Assembly: GCA_016839745.1 (NCBI GenBank)
Contig: JAEOTS010000085.1
Coordinates: 1 to 30,330, forward strand
Source of the DNA: Promethearchaeota archaeon
GTDB taxonomy: Archaea > Asgardarchaeota > Lokiarchaeia > Sigyniarchaeales > SOKP01
Length of the DNA: 30,330 bases
Reading direction: 5' to 3'
The translations under genes were made by a program, and so were the position numbers. Below the pieces are notes generated by a model. It saw nothing but the letters and a program-made list of their open reading frames with translations, had not been told where the DNA came from and did not search any database. Position 1 is the first letter of the stretch. Each line of letters starts with the position of its first letter. Of this stretch, positions 27,278 to 30,330 are shown one piece after another.

Positions 27278-29289
27278 TCGCAAACAGCACCCCCACCAGA
27301 TACAGCAGTTATTTCCTCATATATTTGATCATCTGTGAAATTAATCAATTGAATTGCTTTCGTTGGACAACTTGGCATACACATACCACACGATCTACAC
27401 GCAATTTCGTTAACAGTAGGTCTTCCATTTTCGTCAATGTCGATTGCTGCTGGAGCGCAAATAGTTTTACACATTCCACAATTAACGCATAAATCGTAAT
27501 CTATGGATGGTACCAACATTTCTTTTTCTATGTAGCCTTTTACTAAAGGTGCAGCAGCTAACGCAGCGGCACTTCCCGCATGAGCTACAGTTTCTGATAT
27601 GTCTTTTGGTCCTTGAATCGCTCCCGCTAAGAAAATTCCTCCTTTACTACTCAATGTAGGGTTCATCTTAATGTGAAATTCTTTTAAGAATCCTTCCTTG
27701 GAACGTAAAACTTTAAGTTTAGAACCAAGAGGCCCTATTCCTTCAGGGGGAACCATCGCTGCTGACAATACAACCATATCAGCATTTAATTGTAAAGGAG
27801 TCATGCTTAGTGTGTCTTCTACAATAACTTTAAGCTCTCCACTTATTGGGTCTTTAACAATTTCTGAAGGTCTTCCTCGGATAAATCGAACTCCAACTTC
27901 TTGAGCAGATTGATACATTTCTTCAAAATTTAATCCTGGAGTTCTTATATCTATATAACAAATCGTCACATCGGTGTCAGGATACATTTCTTTTACAATT
28001 CGAGCATTTTTTATCGCGAATTTACAGCATACACCAGTACAATATTTATTTCCAACCTGCTCGTTTCTACTACCCACGCATTGAATCATTACAATGCTCT
28101 TAGGTAGTTTACCATCAGATGGTCTTAATACTTCAGAATTGGTAAGGGAGGTAGGTGATAACATTCTTTCCAATTTTAATTGAGTAATAACATCTTCGTA
28201 TCCCTCTTGTCCATAATGATAAGGCTCAATTTCCGTAGGATCATATTCACTATATCCCGCAGCAACTATTATTGAGCCAACTTTAACCGTCTTAGTTTCA
28301 GGTTGCATCGAAAAATCAACCGCTTGGACTGGGCATATGTTAATGCATGTATTACATTCAATACAAGCCTTCTTGTCCCTCACGAATGTTGCGGGAATTG
28401 CTTGTGGATAGGCTTTATAAATAGCGTTCCTCATAGACATTCCTTTATCCCATTCACTGGGAACCTCTACTGGACAGTGTAAAGAGCACTCACCACATGA
28501 AGTACAATTATCCTTCACATACCGAGGCTTAATTTCGATTTGAACTTCAAAATTTCCTAAGGATCCCTCAATGCTTTTAATTTGAGCATTTGTATAAAGC
28601 TCAATTAATGGGTGATTCGCTACTCCGTTAGTTAACGGTGAAATTGAACATTGTGGACACTCTAATGTTGGAAAAGTTTTATTTAATTGCGTCATATGCC
28701 CACCAATTGTCGAATTCTTCTCTACTAAAAACACTGGTATTCCTAATTCCGCCAAATCATTTGAAGCTCTAAGACCCGCGATACCCGCACCAATAACTAA
28801 TGCTGCTTTAGTGGTCGAAATTCGTCTCGTTTCCACATCTTCAAGTTTTCGAGCTCGATTTACTCCAGCCTCGACTAATCGAAGTGCTTTTGCAGTTGCT
28901 TTTTCCTCGTCTTTTTTATGAACCCAACTGCAGTATTCTCGAACGTTGACTTGTTGGTGTTTGTGTTTATTAATACCTTCTTCGGCAATTGCTCTCGCAA
29001 ATGTCTTTCCGTGTTGATTTTTAGAACAACTTGCAACTACGGTTCTATTAACCCCTAACTCTTTAATTGAATCCTTTACCATTTGAACGCCGGGTTTTGA
29101 ACACATAAACATGTAATGTTCTGCTTTTACAACATTTGGTAAATTTTTTGCGTAATCTGCTACTTTTGCGACGTCCACAGTTCCAGCAATGTTGTGACCG
29201 CAATGACATACAAAAACCCCAATTCTGGGTTCTTCAGATTCGCTCGATTCAACTTTACTTTTTTCCATTTTTTCTTCTTTAACGGCCAT
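27274..29289 (-). CDS. hdrA: Heterodisulfide reductase subunit A (FAD, Fe-S)
   Basis: RIGVFVCHCGHNIAG, VNVREYCSWVH, GAGIAG, KTFPTLECPQC, inserted ferredoxin, IQCVGSR...YCTGVCC, GPKDI and C-terminal ferredoxin. Confidence 0.96.
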   Translation of the reverse strand: MAVKEEKMEKSKVESSESEEPRIGVFVCHCGHNIAGTVDVAKVADYAKNLPNVVKAEHYMFMCSKPGVQMVKDSIKELGVNRTVVASCSKNQHGKTFARAIAEEGINKHKHQQVNVREYCSWVHKKDEEKATAKALRLVEAGVNRARKLEDVETRRISTTKAALVIGAGIAGLRASNDLAELGIPVFLVEKNSTIGGHMTQLNKTFPTLECPQCSISPLTNGVANHPLIELYTNAQIKSIEGSLGNFEVQIEIKPRYVKDNCTSCGECSLHCPVEVPSEWDKGMSMRNAIYKAYPQAIPATFVRDKKACIECNTCINICPVQAVDFSMQPETKTVKVGSIIVAAGYSEYDPTEIEPYHYGQEGYEDVITQLKLERMLSPTSLTNSEVLRPSDGKLPKSIVMIQCVGSRNEQVGNKYCTGVCCKFAIKNARIVKEMYPDTDVTICYIDIRTPGLNFEEMYQSAQEVGVRFIRGRPSEIVKDPISGELKVIVEDTLSMTPLQLNADMVVLSAAMVPPEGIGPLGSKLKVLRSKEGFLKEFHIKMNPTLSSKGGIFLAGAIQGPKDISETVAHAGSAAALAAAPLVKGYIEKEMLVPSIDYDLCVNCGMCKTICAPAAIDIDENGRPTVNEIACRSCGMCMPSCPTKAIQLINFTDDQIYEEITAVSGGGAVCE

Positions 29290-30207
29290 CTATATTGCCT
29301 CCTCTTCTTTTTTAACTTCTTCGCCACCAAATATGTAATCCTTTCCCATCATTTGATATTGAAGACCAACAAATTCTTGGTCCATCCCCATACAATATGC
29401 AACAAGTTGGGAAAGATGAATTACTGGATAATCGTAATTACAGCTTTTATTCTTGTTTAAATAATCTTGTCCCGTTTCAAATTGTAAGTGACAGAAAGGA
29501 CAAATATCTAAAATAAAGTCTGGTTCTACCTCGTCAATATTTTTCATCTTTTCTCCAAAAATTGTCATGCTCGTATCGCCGGAATACGCTTTTACGCCCC
29601 CACCAGCACCGCAACATGTAAGTTGTTCTTTGAATCTGACTGATTCCACTCCTAAAACTTCAATAAATTCTTCAACAATCGTCGGTCCTTCTGAACTCTC
29701 AATCTCTCGAATTCTTGTTGGTTTTAGAAAATGACAACCATAATGTACAGCCGCACGCGCGTTTAATTTTCTTGTAATTACTTCTTCTATACCCCATGGA
29801 CCTATTTCGTATCCTAACACTTCGGCTACATGACGCACATCAATCGTACCTTGAAACTCGTAATCTCCGAGCAGTTTTAATTTTTCATTTACTAATTCTC
29901 GTTGTTCTTCATTCTCTTTTAAATGTTTATTAATCTCTTGGAGTGTTCCAAAGCACCCATTACAAACTGTAAGGATATCGGCATCAAGCTTTTCAGCTAT
30001 ACACAAGTTTCTGGCACCCGCCACCATCCAATCAACCTTGTTAAAGGATCGAAAGACCCCTGGAGCTGGACAACAACTGGCGCGTTCCATGTCTAAGATC
30101 TCATACCCTAGTTTTTTCATTACAAACTTCGTTGCTTTTTCAATCGCAGGATATCTATTCGGCATAAGACATCCCAGAAAAAACGAAAATGTTTGTTCTT
30201 TTGCCAT
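29290..30207 (-). CDS. hdrB: Heterodisulfide reductase subunit B (two CCG domains)
   Basis: FFLGC, CCPAPG, TVCNGC, HYGCH, CCGAGGG and CPFC motifs. Confidence 0.96.
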   Translation of the reverse strand: MAKEQTFSFFLGCLMPNRYPAIEKATKFVMKKLGYEILDMERASCCPAPGVFRSFNKVDWMVAGARNLCIAEKLDADILTVCNGCFGTLQEINKHLKENEEQRELVNEKLKLLGDYEFQGTIDVRHVAEVLGYEIGPWGIEEVITRKLNARAAVHYGCHFLKPTRIREIESSEGPTIVEEFIEVLGVESVRFKEQLTCCGAGGGVKAYSGDTSMTIFGEKMKNIDEVEPDFILDICPFCHLQFETGQDYLNKNKSCNYDYPVIHLSQLVAYCMGMDQEFVGLQYQMMGKDYIFGGEEVKKEEEAI

Positions 30208-30210
30208 TTC

Positions 30211-30330
30211 TTACTTCTCCCCTTTTTTATCTTCCTTTTTTTTCTCCTCCTTTGGAGGAGGTAAATCGAATAAATGTTCTTCAAATTTCTTTAAATCTTC
30301 ATCATCTCCCTCTTGTTTAAATTTAAACGC
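30211..30330 (-). CDS. C-terminal 39 codons of the upstream gene, probably HdrC by synteny
   Basis: Open frame AFKFKQEGDDEDLKKFEEHLFDLPPPKEEKKKEDKKGEK* ends 3 nt before the hdrB ATG. Identity is inferred only from the usual hdrCB order. Confidence 0.55.
   Translation of the reverse strand, partial: AFKFKQEGDDEDLKKFEEHLFDLPPPKEEKKKEDKKGEK

Noticed and set aside
1537-29460. Short alternative-frame ORFs in the track (1537, 3928, 4422, 5640, 6346, 6604, 8676, 10938, 11789, 13319, 16447, 17122, 18138, 24147, 25020, 25381, 25943, 27698, 29194)
   Set aside because: All overlap longer, motif-supported genes, either antisense or out of frame, and have no recognisable motifs. They are shadow ORFs.
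27274-30207. hdrAB as evidence of methanogenesis
   Set aside because: No mcr or mtr genes occur in the window, and Hdr complexes are widespread in non-methanogenic anaerobes.
22856-30330. Selenocysteine read-through or SECIS elements in the hdr/mvh operon
   Set aside because: The TGA codons ending hdrA and mvhG are ATGA coupling overlaps at natural C-termini. No interrupted Cys motif needs recoding.

Overview
AT-rich, gene-dense archaeal DNA. Gene content points to an Asgard archaeon, probably Lokiarchaeia/Promethearchaeota: two roadblock/LC7 genes, a VWA plus zinc-finger protein, a large membrane-anchored surface protein, a NosD-like beta-helix protein, archaeal MetRS and HdrAB/MvhD. This assignment is inferred from gene content only. 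The left two-thirds holds housekeeping and Asgard-type genes: FGase-family hydrolase, wHTH regulator, MBL hydrolase, a divergent roadblock pair, M20 peptidase, a TFIIH p44/Ssl1-like protein, metG, a strongly divergent RtcB-like protein, a 7TM protein, an AAA+ ATPase, SagB and a Pelota/aRF1-like protein lacking its N domain. The right third (22856-30330, minus strand) is one tightly coupled operon: (hdrC?)-hdrB-hdrA-mvhD-mvhG*-frhB::gltD-tusA. Its MvhG appears fused to a Cys-free relic of the NiFe large subunit. Its FrhB-type subunit has a whole GltD/NfnB-like NAD(P)H flavoprotein inserted inside it. This looks like a hydrogenase-less, pyridine-nucleotide-linked electron-bifurcating Hdr complex co-encoded with a sulfur carrier, and is the best candidate for an undescribed system. 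No tRNA, rRNA, CRISPR array or mobile element was seen. All family calls come from visual motif recognition and remembered consensus sequences, not database searches.
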